Shown here piece by piece: positions 41,801 to 53,800 of a stretch of 64,000 nt of DNA (positions are counted from its first letter, which is position 1; every line of letters starts with the position of its first letter). Location: NCBI GenBank assembly GCA_903813345.2, contig CAIIXF020000001.1, positions 10,044,001-10,108,000 of the forward strand, in the 5' to 3' direction. Source of the DNA: Owenia fusiformis. Lineage: Eukaryota. The notes beneath the pieces are model-generated. The model saw only the letters and a program-made list of their open reading frames with translations. It searched no databases and was not told the DNA's origin. A program made the position numbers and the translations under genes.

Positions 41801-44800
41801 GTGGATTGTCATTGTCTCTACATACGATTTTCTTGAAGGCAATTTTAAATTCATTTAACCTCACTGCATAGATTATGGGATTCATGCAACTATTGACCAG
41901 CACTAATAAACAGGAAATATAGTATATAGTCAAATAAGTGGTATCATCGAATAAAGAAGTCTTGACTTTTGAGTGTTGAAAGGTTTTTCCCCATATCTCA
42001 CTACTGACCATAATTATAAATGGACCCCAACAAAGGAAAAACAGTCCAATTACAATGCAGGCTGTTTTCAGTACTCTAAGGTTGTTTTTCAGGGATGTTC
42101 CATCTGATTGTTCAATATTCGTATTCCTGTTGGCTTTTTTGGTCAACTGTTTTCTAGCCACTTTAAGTATTCTCATGTACATAATTGAAATACTTATGAA
42201 AACATTGGACCATACAAGAAACCCAATATTCTTGAGTCTTCCTCCAAGTTTGCACTATATATACAGTCTTGTTTTTCTTTGCTCTGCTGTAGAACAAAAT
42301 ACCAGTCAATGATTGAAACAGTTGTGACTGTAATCACACCAATCCAAACGGCCAGAACTGCAATCCTAGCTCTCTTCTTGGTGACAATAGTTTTGTATTG
42401 AAGTGGTCGAAATATTGCAATGTAGCGATCTATTGTTATACACAGTAATAGCAGCAATGAAGCAAAACTTGGGATGCCAAAACAAAACTGTCCAATGGCA
42501 CAAATGATGAAATTGCCTTTGTAAACAGAGGGAAACACCTGTGACAAAAGCCATAGTATGCTATAGAGTCCAGATATCCCAGCAAATAAGTCTGCTATCG
42601 CTAATTGTAGTATGAAATAGTTACTTACAGTCCGCAGAGACACATTAGCTCTATAGGCAGCAATAACCAATGCATTTCCAAATACTATACTAAATGTCAT
42701 CAAAAAGCATAGTGTCATAAAACCAAGTGCTTCTTTAAATGGTAATGTTGTTACATTGCTTACCGTATTGTTATCAGCTGAGTCAAATGCATCCAATGTG
42801 CTGGTACTGTTATTTGCCATATTGTGTTTCAGTGTTTGAAAAATTTTATTTGTTTATCTTTTTTCCAACTTCCACTTTTCACTCACCGATTTGATTTAGA
42901 GTAAAGTAATACCATCTCATTTAGTGGATCTTTTAGAGATCATCTTGTTCATAAAAGGTTATTACTTTGTGTGGAGGTAATAGCTGTCACTTTTGATTAA
43001 ATAATAGATGATCTAGCTTCAGACACCCATTAATCTAATAGGGGAAATTTGATAATGATTTATTATATAAATTATTCGATACTTTATAAGATTTTATCAG
43101 AAATCCCATCACATTAGTAAAAGGAGCATCGGATCTTCATCCATTATTCTCCTGTGTCTTTGATCATAAATTAATTGCATGATATCACACAGAGATGGGA
43201 ATACGTAACTCTGGTGGTTATTGGGGATGGAATGAATAGTCAGTTACCCTGTAGCAAATAGGGTTGTGGTTATATTCAATTTGTAAAATGATATTTGTGA
43301 AAACTCAAAATGGAGCTTTCTGGTACTTTTAAAATCTGTACCTCTTGTGTCTTAGTGTTCTATAGTTTGTTTAACATTAGTGTATGAGTATGATGTACTT
43401 TAGATGTAACAGGTGACAGGTCATATCAACCCCAAGTCAACTCAATCCAGTAAAACTCAACCCCAAGTCAACTCAATCCAGTAAAACTCAACCCCAAGTC
43501 AACTCGACCCTGTAAAACACAATTCCAATTATTTCTTCAATGTCTGGATTATTTAGTGCATTTATTTTCAATATTCTATTTTTGTTGCATGATATTATGA
43601 TGACAGCGCTTTGGTAAAATATTCACAGAGTATTCACTATTATTTTATTTAACATTAAAATCAAATTTTAAATAATTTGGAAAATATAATGTTGGCAATT
43701 GAAAATGTAATATAACTGTTTATGTATATGTACATTTTTAATAGAGAGGTTAAGCTACACGTATAGATGCAAACCGTGAACCTGAACGCGTAAGTCCACG
43801 CTCAAGTACACGTTTAAGAAAATTTCCTGTTAAGCTACACGTCTGAAACCATGTCAGTGGACGTGGACCTATATGTATGTGGTGACTGTGTCTACAGGTC
43901 ACGTCTCTATGGTGTAATGGATAGTACTTCAGACTCGTGTCCGTGTGGCCTGGGTTCGAGTCTAGTATTAAAATATTTTGTTTTTTATTTTTGCTTTATT
44001 TCATAATTAAAGGGTCTAGTGCACCTTTCCATTATGATTTCCCCATGAACAAAATATATCATTTTTAGGTGTAACATAAAGAATACAATGTCACATAATA
44101 CTTTGGAAAATATTTAAGCATTTGGTCCCACATGGGCTGAGGTTGAGGTCATTAAGTTCAGCAAGTGTTGACTTTACATTGGATGTGCTCCGTTGACTTA
44201 ACATGTAGATACCATCAGATTCCAATGGAGGACATTGGTTTCTATTGATTTTCACAAAAATACCTAAAATACACTATGACCTGAATCGATTGCAAATTAA
44301 ATGATTTCACAATATGACACAAATGGTATATCACATCAGATGTGCAAATATTAAGTTTGCAATCGATTCAGGTCATACTTCAAATTAGAAAATTATACAT
44401 TTTTTCATCATTTTTTCCTCCAAAATGGCTATAGAAAAATGCTTCAAAAGCAACTTTTACACTTATGAAATCCCATACAACTTTGTAAATCCAATGATTA
44501 TACTGTTATATTTCATCAATTAATAACATATTTGAATAAGACGTAGGGATGTGTAGGATGCAAATGGATTTTGACAGACACAAAAAGACTTCCTGGTTTG
44601 GCATCTCTACCCCTGTACACTTTATGATTGAATATCGGCCCTAATAAGTGGCCCATTCATCAATACAGTGCTGAATATAGGTCAACAAGATACTAGTGTA
44701 CATATAAATGTAATAATAAAAGCAGTATATTTATTTTGAAAAATCAGATGAATTTATTTTTGTTCATGGGGAGATCATAATGGAGGGCGCACTAGATCCT

Positions 44801-47800
44801 TTCTTGCCCTGGTTGTCATTTCATTTCGTTTAGTATACATATTGTACTAAGCCCCGGGTATCAAATTGGCCTTGCCAATTTATATTGTACGGAATGAACA
44901 AACGATCACATTTAAAGTTGTCATTTACCCATTAAAATGTATTCTTATTTCCAATTAAGGATTGGGGTTTACCCATATAACAAGCACGATTGTCTGTATC
45001 AAATATGGGCTCCCGGGCCATCCTAGAACATAGCTAAAATCAATCACGTAATGAGCGACGTGTAATCACTCATCTACACGTAAAAACCTGTAACTTTCAT
45101 GCTTACCTGTAGAAAATAGACTAATCTGACGTCATTTTCCTGCGCGCGCATAGAAGTACACGTTCATGCTTTGTTGAACACGCGTCTGTTAATTGCACGA
45201 ATATGAAAATCTCATGTAAAAACCTGTAAACTTCACGCTGGCCCACAGGAAATAAACAAATCTGACGTCATTTATCTGCGTGCGCATTGAAGTTCACGTT
45301 CAAGTTTCGTTAAATACGTGTAGCTTAACCTCTCTAATATATTATAACATTAACTTGTCATACTTGAAGGGTTTGGATAAAGGACCTACAGTAAGGGAAA
45401 TATTATCTTCCTAAGGGTCCATGGGGACTGATTACCGCATTATCACTTTCATGTGGATTGTCATTGTCTACACAAGATTTTCTTAAAAGCAATTTTGAAT
45501 TCATTCAACCTCACTGCATAGATTATGGGATTCATGCAACTATTGACAAGCACTAATAAACAGCAAATATAGTATATAGTCAAATAAGTGCTGTCATCGA
45601 ATAAAGTCTTGACTGTTGAATTTGGAAAGGTTTTTCCCCATATCTCAGTACTAACCACAATTATAAATGGACCCCAACAAATGAAAAATAGTCCAATTAC
45701 AATGCATGCTGTTTTCAGTACTCTAAGGTTTTTCAGGGATGTTCCATCTGATTGTTCAGTATTTGTATTCCTGTTGGCTTTTTTCTTCAGCTGTTTTCTA
45801 GCCACATTAAGTATTTTTATGTACATAATCAAAATACTTATGAAAACAGTAAGAAACATTGGAGCATATAAGAATTCCAGTATTCTTGTGTCTTCCTCAA
45901 AGTTTGCTCTATATACACAGTCTTGTTTTTCTTTGCTCTGCTTTTGAACAAAATACCAGTCAATGATTGTAACAGTTGTGATTGTAATCACACCAATCCA
46001 ACTGGCCACAACTGCAATCCTAGCTCTCTTCTTGGTGACAATAGTTTTGTATTGAAGTGGTTGAAATATTGCAATGTAGCGATCTATTGTTATACACAGT
46101 AATAGCAGCAATGAAGCAAAACTTGGAATGTTAAAACAAAACTGTCCAATGGCACAAATGATAAAATTGTCTGTGTATATAGAGGGGAATATCTGTGACA
46201 TAAGCCAGAGAATGGCATAGAGTCCAGATGTCCCAGCTAATAAGTCCGCTACAGCTAATTGTAGTATGAAATAGTTGCTCACAGTCCGCAGAGATACATT
46301 AGCTCTATAGGCAGCAATAACTAATGCATTTCCAAATACTATACCAAATGTCATCACAAAGCATAGTGTCATAAAACCAAGTGCTTCTTTAAATGGTAAT
46401 GTTGTTGCATTGCTTACCGTATTGTTATCAGCTGAGTCTAATGCGTCTAATACACTTGTATTGTTAGCCATTTTGTTGGTCAATATTCAAAATACAAAAA
46501 TGTTATTCTATTTATTTTGGTCTCTTCCACACTATGAAGACATTCTGGTTTTTCAAATCTCTGATTGAGTTTATTAGGATGAAACATACCCATCCCATTC
46601 TTTTTCATGGATCTTTTCAGTGATTGTTATTCCACAAAAGACTATTAGATCATTTGTTTAGAAGTAATACCTATCAGCTTTTATTAAATAATAGATGATC
46701 TACAGACATCCATTTAACTAAAGGATGAAGGTTGATAATGATTTGTTACATTTATTAATAATGATTTCATTATTCCAATCAATGATGTTCAATGTGGATA
46801 CCTGTAGTGAAGCTCTCCACCAATTTGTCACTCCATTAGTCCATCTAACCATCCTCCATCGAGAATTGTCTACAGGTTTCCAGCCAAACAGATTCATCTG
46901 AAATTTTCAGGGATGTTTCCACATATGAAAGTTTAGAGCTGATAAGTTTTTTGGCATTCTGGGTAAATGTTTTCCATCCTAAATCTTGTCTGTCCAGGCT
47001 CGTGTACAGGTTTCCAGCCAAACCATTTCAGGGATTCATTTTTCCACCTATCAAAGTTTAGAACTGATTAGTTTTTAGGCATTCTGGATAAATGTTAAGA
47101 TGGCCATTTTGGAAGAAGAGATTTTCAAGATGGCTCCTGAATTTCAAAATGGCCACCATTTTTCATAAAAACATATTCTTTGTTAACTCAAATACCATTT
47201 GACGGATTTGGTTCAAATTTTTAATCCGTATGCCTAGAGACAAAGAAGCTCTGCTTGAGGAGACATTTTTAAGATGGCTACTGATTTTTAAAATGGTGGC
47301 CATTTTCTGCTAAAAAAGTAATCTTTGATATTTCAAATATCATTGGACAGGTTTGGTTTATATGCCAATGCCTAGGGACAAATGAGCTCTGCTTGAGAAG
47401 AAATTTTCAAGATTTCAGTTGAATTTCATTTTTGTAAAAAACGTAAACTTAGATGGACAGATTTGGTTTAATTTTTATATGCTAATGCCCAAAGATAAAG
47501 GAGCTCCTCTTCAGTAAAGTCATTATGCTATGATTACAATTAGCACGATTTTCTGAATTCCAATTCATAAATATAATGTTCTATAATTGTTTCTACACAA
47601 CATGTTCTTAAACGCATTGTTAAATTCTTTCAACCTCACTGCATATATGATCGGATTCATGAAACTGTTGCTAAGTACAAGTAAAAATGACATATAGTAT
47701 AAATACAAGAAGTTGTTATTTGGAATAAATGCCTTGAAAGTTGGCAAATGCAAGGCTGTTTGCCAGATCTCAATAGTTACAGTCACTACAAATGGAAACC

Positions 47801-50800
47801 AACACAAAAAGAAGAGTCCAATTACAATGCATGCTGTTTTCAGTACTCGAAGGTTGTTTTTCAGGGATGTTCGATCTGTTTGTTCATTATTCGTATTCCT
47901 ATTGGCATTTTTGGTCAACTGTTTTCTAGCCACTTTAAGTATTCTTATATACATGATTAGAATACTTATGAAAACAGTGGTAAACATTGGAGCATATAGG
48001 AGACCTATAACTCGAGAGTCATTCTCAAAATCATTCCCATGTACACAATGTGACCTTCCCCTTTTCTTTAGATCAAAATACCAGTCAACTATTGAGATAG
48101 CTATGACGGACAATGTCCCAATCCAGACAGCCATAACTGCAATCCTCGCTCTTTTCTTAGTGACATTAGTGACAATAGTTTTGTATTGAAGTGGTCGAAA
48201 TATTGCAATGTAGCGATCTAATGTTATACACAGTAGTATCAGTAATGAAACAAAACAAGGAACGCCCATAACAATTTGTCCAATGGCACACATGGCAAAA
48301 TTCTCAATGTATTCAAAGGGCAGAACCTGGTATATCCCTCCATACACTGCTGACAGCCCAGCTGATATGTCCGCTAAAGCTAACTGTAAAATCAAAAAGT
48401 TGCTCACTGTCCGTAAGGCTTGGTTGTTCCTATAGGCTGAAATAATCAATGCATTTCCAAAAACGATGGAGAATGTAATAAGACACAAAAGTGACATTAT
48501 AGGAACTGCAACAGAAAATCCATGTAGACTTGCCATGTTTCGATATCCTCTAGCAGCCAATGAAGAATTGTTTTCCATGTTGGTGCTTTAATTATCTTTC
48601 TTGTGTAATTAAGTTTCATCCATGTGTCTTTCATATATCTCATTGTCTTGAAACGTTTTCATTTAGCATGCTCAAAGTCATCTCATTTTGGACACAAAAT
48701 GTTTTTGTGATATCTGACAAAGATATAGAACTGTGCATTCATTATTGTTTGGACTTTGATTTTGATGCGACATTCTGCCAATATATGTGTTTCAGTATAA
48801 AACAAAAGTAGTGTTCATAGTGTTATTTTATTGTGCTAAATAATATATGACTTGTCATCATACTTCTTTTAATGGTTTCCCTTGTCGTACTAAATAGATG
48901 ACATGATTGATATTCTATTAACAATAATGTGGTTTTTATTTTATTCATGATAGGCCTATCCTTTACAATCCCTAAATGAATTATTTTATTAAAGGTGAAA
49001 AGTTGCATCATCTTAGAGATTATTGCAAACGAGGATCAAAAGAATGATGCTATATGTCCTAAAGGTTTGAACATACTAACGGAAAGCTGAAAGTGTCATG
49101 AATAAGGATCTGATAAGATTATGGAGCACTGGTGGTTAAGAAAATGTTTATTTAGCCCTTTCATCCACAAGGGCTAATTTTTTAAATAAAATCTTCTCCT
49201 CCTCCTCATTCTTACTAAAAAGCAAGGTAGTCTGTCCAGACATCTTCTCCTAGACTGTTGAACCTTGGGCTCTCATACTTGGTCAACATACTAAATGGGT
49301 CAATGAGCACTCTACAAAGGTCAGAGGTCATGGTCATTGCAAGATTAAAGGTCAGTTTCTAGGTATTTGCCTTTTTAAGACACTTGGTCTGTGCTGTGAC
49401 CCTTGACGACCCAGGATTATGTGACCTGAGGTCAAGATCAGTGTTTATGGGTCAAGGTCATCTCAAGGTCAAAATTCAATATCTAAGTATTTGGCGTTTT
49501 AGGGTCCTTGAGGGCTTCTGTGACCCTTAACGGCACAAATTCGATGACCTAAGGTCAAGGTCAATGTTTTATGCTACTGATGATCCTAGGGTACAGTTTC
49601 ATACATAAAGAATTATAAAGAATATAGTGATAATGAGTTTCATTATATTGAAATATTACAATAAATATACACTGTATACATTTAGGACCTGGAACAATAA
49701 GAATTGAATGCTTTGAACATGATCTGATTGGTGTCCCATTTCATTTATGAGAACATTACTATGATCTGCTTTGTAGATTTGATAGCTGTTGACTGTTAGT
49801 TGTTCCTCTCCCTTCACTCTCATGTGCTATATTATTGTTTCTACTAAGTATGCTCTTAAACGCATTCCTGAATTCTTTCAACCTCACTGCATATATGATT
49901 GGATTCATGAAGCTGTTGCTTAGCAACAACATGAATGACATATTGCGCATAATTGAGGTTCTGGGTTCAGTAAGAACATCTTTGAATGTTGGTAGATCCA
50001 AGGCTTCTCCCCAAAGCTCAGTACTTACTATCACTACAAATGGAAACCAACAAATGAAAAATAATCCAATTACGATGCACGCTGTTTTCAGTATTTTAAG
50101 GTTCCTTTTCAAGGAGGTTCCAATCGATTGTTCGCTGTTTGTATTAACGTTTGCTTGTTGGGTCAGTTGTTTTCTAGCCACATATAAAATTTTTGTATAC
50201 ATGATTGAAACAAAGATGAAAACAGTGAAAAACATTGGAGCATATGAGAAACCCAAGACTTTGGAGTCATATTCCTTGTCAATTCCATCCATGCAATGCA
50301 GTTTTCCTTGTCTTTGGAGATTTAAATACCATTCAACACATGAGGAAACGACGAGTAAACAGATCCCTGTCCAAATTACAATAACTGCAATTTTTACCCT
50401 CTCAATTGTAACAATCATTGGATAGTGAAGTGGGTGGAGTATTGCTATGTAACGATCTAGTGCTATACAGAGTAAGAGAAGTAAAGACACAAAACAAGGG
50501 ATGCCCATAACAAGTTGTTCAATGGCACACCAAGCAAAATCCTTAATATATTCTATGGGCAGAATCTGGTAAGTGACCCCATACACTCCTGACAGTCCAG
50601 CTGATATGTCCGCTAAAGCTAATTGTAAAATCAAAAAGTTGCTCACTGTCCGTAAGGCTTGGTTGTTCCTGTAGGCTGAAATAATTAATGCGTTTCCAAA
50701 TATGATGGCAAACGTCATTACAAACATACAGATTATTATGAAAACTCCAAGAGCTGTACCATGTATAGCAAACATATTACTATAGCCTACTGGAGCGAAA

Positions 50801-53800
50801 ATCATCTGTGGTATTTTCGTATTGTTTTCCATTTTGTGGTTTCAGTCTGTGTCACATTGAATTATTGATTGTCTGATTGAAGGTTCTTCATGTCTTTTAA
50901 TAGATCTTACTGATTGTTTTTTGTTCAACTCTTTTAATTGAATTTCTCCAGATTATAATAGGTAAAGTAGTTTTTTTGGTTATGAATTATCATTTTTCGA
51001 AAATTGTTATTAATTATGCTCCATTTGTATGATGTCCATGGTGTCCTTATGCTTGACAACTTACTGTTTCTATATATTGTGTTCTAGCTGTTCTGTTATG
51101 TATACATATTGAAAAATCCTTGTTGGGGACCATGTCCATATATCCACAGTTGTTGTAGAAAACATAAAAGTTACATTTTGGCATCCTCCTAACACAGGCC
51201 TCCAGAACAGGTACCTACTTCTTCCAGAACAAAAGAAGGAACTTAGTGGATGATGTCTGGAACTCTGCATTCGGAGGATTCATTTTGGGAAAGGGAGTAA
51301 GTGAAAATCTCAGATGTGATGCTAGTAAGGTATCTTGTTTTAGCGAGTATTAATTTCTTATTGATATATTTCTCAATTTTCATGAGAGGTAGGGGGGAAA
51401 TCAGAACAAAATAAACATGTGCTTCCACATCTGATATTTTGATATGATCCCATCTGCCATTCAATACAACACTCATCACTCATGTAAAATGATAAAATGA
51501 TGTCAGCAAGTGATGAGCTTTGTTAAACGATAAAGAAGACTACTAATGGACCTTAATGAGTAGAGCTTGATATCATCAACAATTACGAATAACAATGTGG
51601 GTGTACTCTGATCCATCACCTATCTAATCATGGGGGAAAAGATGACGCATTATTACAATAAACTGTTGATTGGAGTTAGTAAGTGCTTAGGTGTGTTTAT
51701 TGTCCCACCTTAATGAAGTTAGTTAGGGATATAGAGAAGTCATCTGTCTGTCCATTCGTTTGTTTGAACTGGGTGACAGATTTGGTTCATTCTATAGCCT
51801 CGTGTCTTTTCTAAGGTAAAGGAAGTCTTCTTGGAAAGGAATTTCAGTATGGTTGCTGCAATTCAAAATGGCCACCATTTTTCGTAAAAAAATGTAATCA
51901 TCGATAACTCAGATACTGGTTGTTTAGTTCAAGTTTTATTGCCTTATATCTTAGAATTAGAATAAAACCAGCATAACGCCTTTTTTTACCTAACCTATAT
52001 TCCTGTGCTTACAGAGTCCATGGTTCTACTTGGTTCAATACCACGCATAGAGCTTTGTAGACTGTTAGATTGGCTGCTTGGCTGGCAGAGGAGGCAGATT
52101 GCTAAAAAGGAAATGCTGCAGGATGGAAATAGAAGTAGAACATCCAGTCGTTTTGAAGTGACGCCATCTAATGGCAGTGGGGACCAAGCTGTTGTGGATG
52201 TTCATTCACATGTAAGTGGAAGATCTTGGATGTAACATATCATCATTTTATGAGTCACTGGCATACCTATACAGTATGTTTGTGAATTTTATTAATGAAA
52301 ACCTTTGCATATACCACAGTATATAAAATATTTGTATGGATAAATGAACTTTTTTTTGTAGTCCTCAAATGGCAAAAATCTTACTGTAGCAGATACTAGT
52401 CAGAACAGGAGCAGTTCTAAGTCAGGTAGGTAGCATAATGTATACAACCAATCAGTTCTGTATAAGCTACTTAATCAGTCACAGAGTATCAGGAGAAGCT
52501 CTTGTATTCAAATTAACTTTTTAACATTAGGTTTAATAATAAACAATGCACATAAAATTCAAAATGGCCACCATAAAATTACTCTATATGGCCAAAAACT
52601 AATCTGTTCTAGATTTCCATACCAAGAAATATACCTGAAAGCCTGGCCTGAAAGTTTAAATCAATCTGTCAATCAATTTTCTCAGGAAATGTGGAGACAA
52701 GAAAAATGAGATGCCACCTCACTGGTCCAAGTTTGACCAAAAAAGAGCAACAAATTCAATGTATTGAATTACTATTCTAGTATTTCAAATTGAAACATCA
52801 TTTGTAATTTTCATTTCAGGTCGTTCAAGTCCATTCAGTAATCTCTTCTCAGGCCCCCCTGAAGATGAGCAAGCTTCCCCTGACCCAGCACTGGAGATGA
52901 CTGCAGATGAGGTATACTCAAGTGCCAGTAATAAATCAGTTCAGAAATCAATTAAGTGAAAAATGCTGTTCAGTTTTGATCATACCCTTGATCCACTACT
53001 ACTATACCCTAATATGGGGATCAAAATGCTTCCTATCTTTATATAACAAACAAAATTGGTTGCTTCACATTTTTGCTTGATTATGAAACGTAACTATGTC
53101 ATAAAAAAAACTATGTAAACTTAATCATTAGTTATTTTCAGGCCTAAAAGTATATAATCACCTTTTGCGACCATACTTCTCATTCTTTGAAACAAGGAAG
53201 AACACTAATTTCTGGTGACATACTGTAGTCTCCAACTTTTTTTGTGGACATTTTTCGGTGATTGGTGTTCGGCTATCAGAGTCTGTAATAAATGGTAGGT
53301 AGTGACATTTTGCTAATTTTGTTAATGACTTGTTTGTTGTTGTTGTGAGCAGCAGGAGAGATGGGAAGATGAACAGTTGAATCAGACCATAGATCTGGAC
53401 ATGTGTCAAGTTGACCCCGCCCCCTTCCAGCTAGTAGAGCGCACCTCACTTTACAAGGTAAGCCTGTTTACACTGTTTCACTCTATTGATATAGCAGGGG
53501 TTTCATTAGCAGCTAGCAACATGCGATTTTCAATGTTTTTTTTCACAAAATCGCCAGTTGTTTTCTAGTGAAACCCCTGTACAGTTAGAGTATTCATGTT
53601 TCACAAGAGATGTTTCATTATGAAATTCCTGGGAAATTGACATAGTCTTATGTGACCTTAATATGATACTTGAATTCAAGTTTATCTTGGACACATGTTT
53701 ATGGTTCTAAATACAGCATAAGAGATACAGGATTTTGTATTTGACCTTTCCAGTGACCATGACTTTGTGTAACCCCAACACTGTCAAGTGTCAAACAAGG

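Larger units (their letters stand above)
43743..45335. mobile_element. PIF/Harbinger-like non-autonomous element with nested cargo
   Basis: TIR AGAGAGGTTAAGCTACACGTAT / ATACGTGTAGCTTAACCTCTCT; 3-bp TSD AAT (43740-43742, 45336-45338); direct repeats of about 130 bp near the right end. Confidence 0.85.

Noticed and set aside
43428-43518. CRISPR-like 31-bp periodicity (also the short repeats at 21148-21250)
   Set aside because: Contiguous repeats without unique spacers, no cas genes, eukaryotic context.
43903-43966. Functional tRNA gene
   Set aside because: A and B boxes are present but no paired acceptor stem or canonical anticodon arm.
37991-50425. Plus-strand ORFs of 119-196 aa opposite each GPCR
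   Set aside because: Antisense shadows copied along with the receptor duplications; no independent coding signal.
37807-50832. Assigning the GPCRs as adenosine, histamine or octopamine receptors
   Set aside because: Only general class A resemblance; the aminergic TM3 aspartate is absent, and the ligand cannot be inferred without phylogeny.
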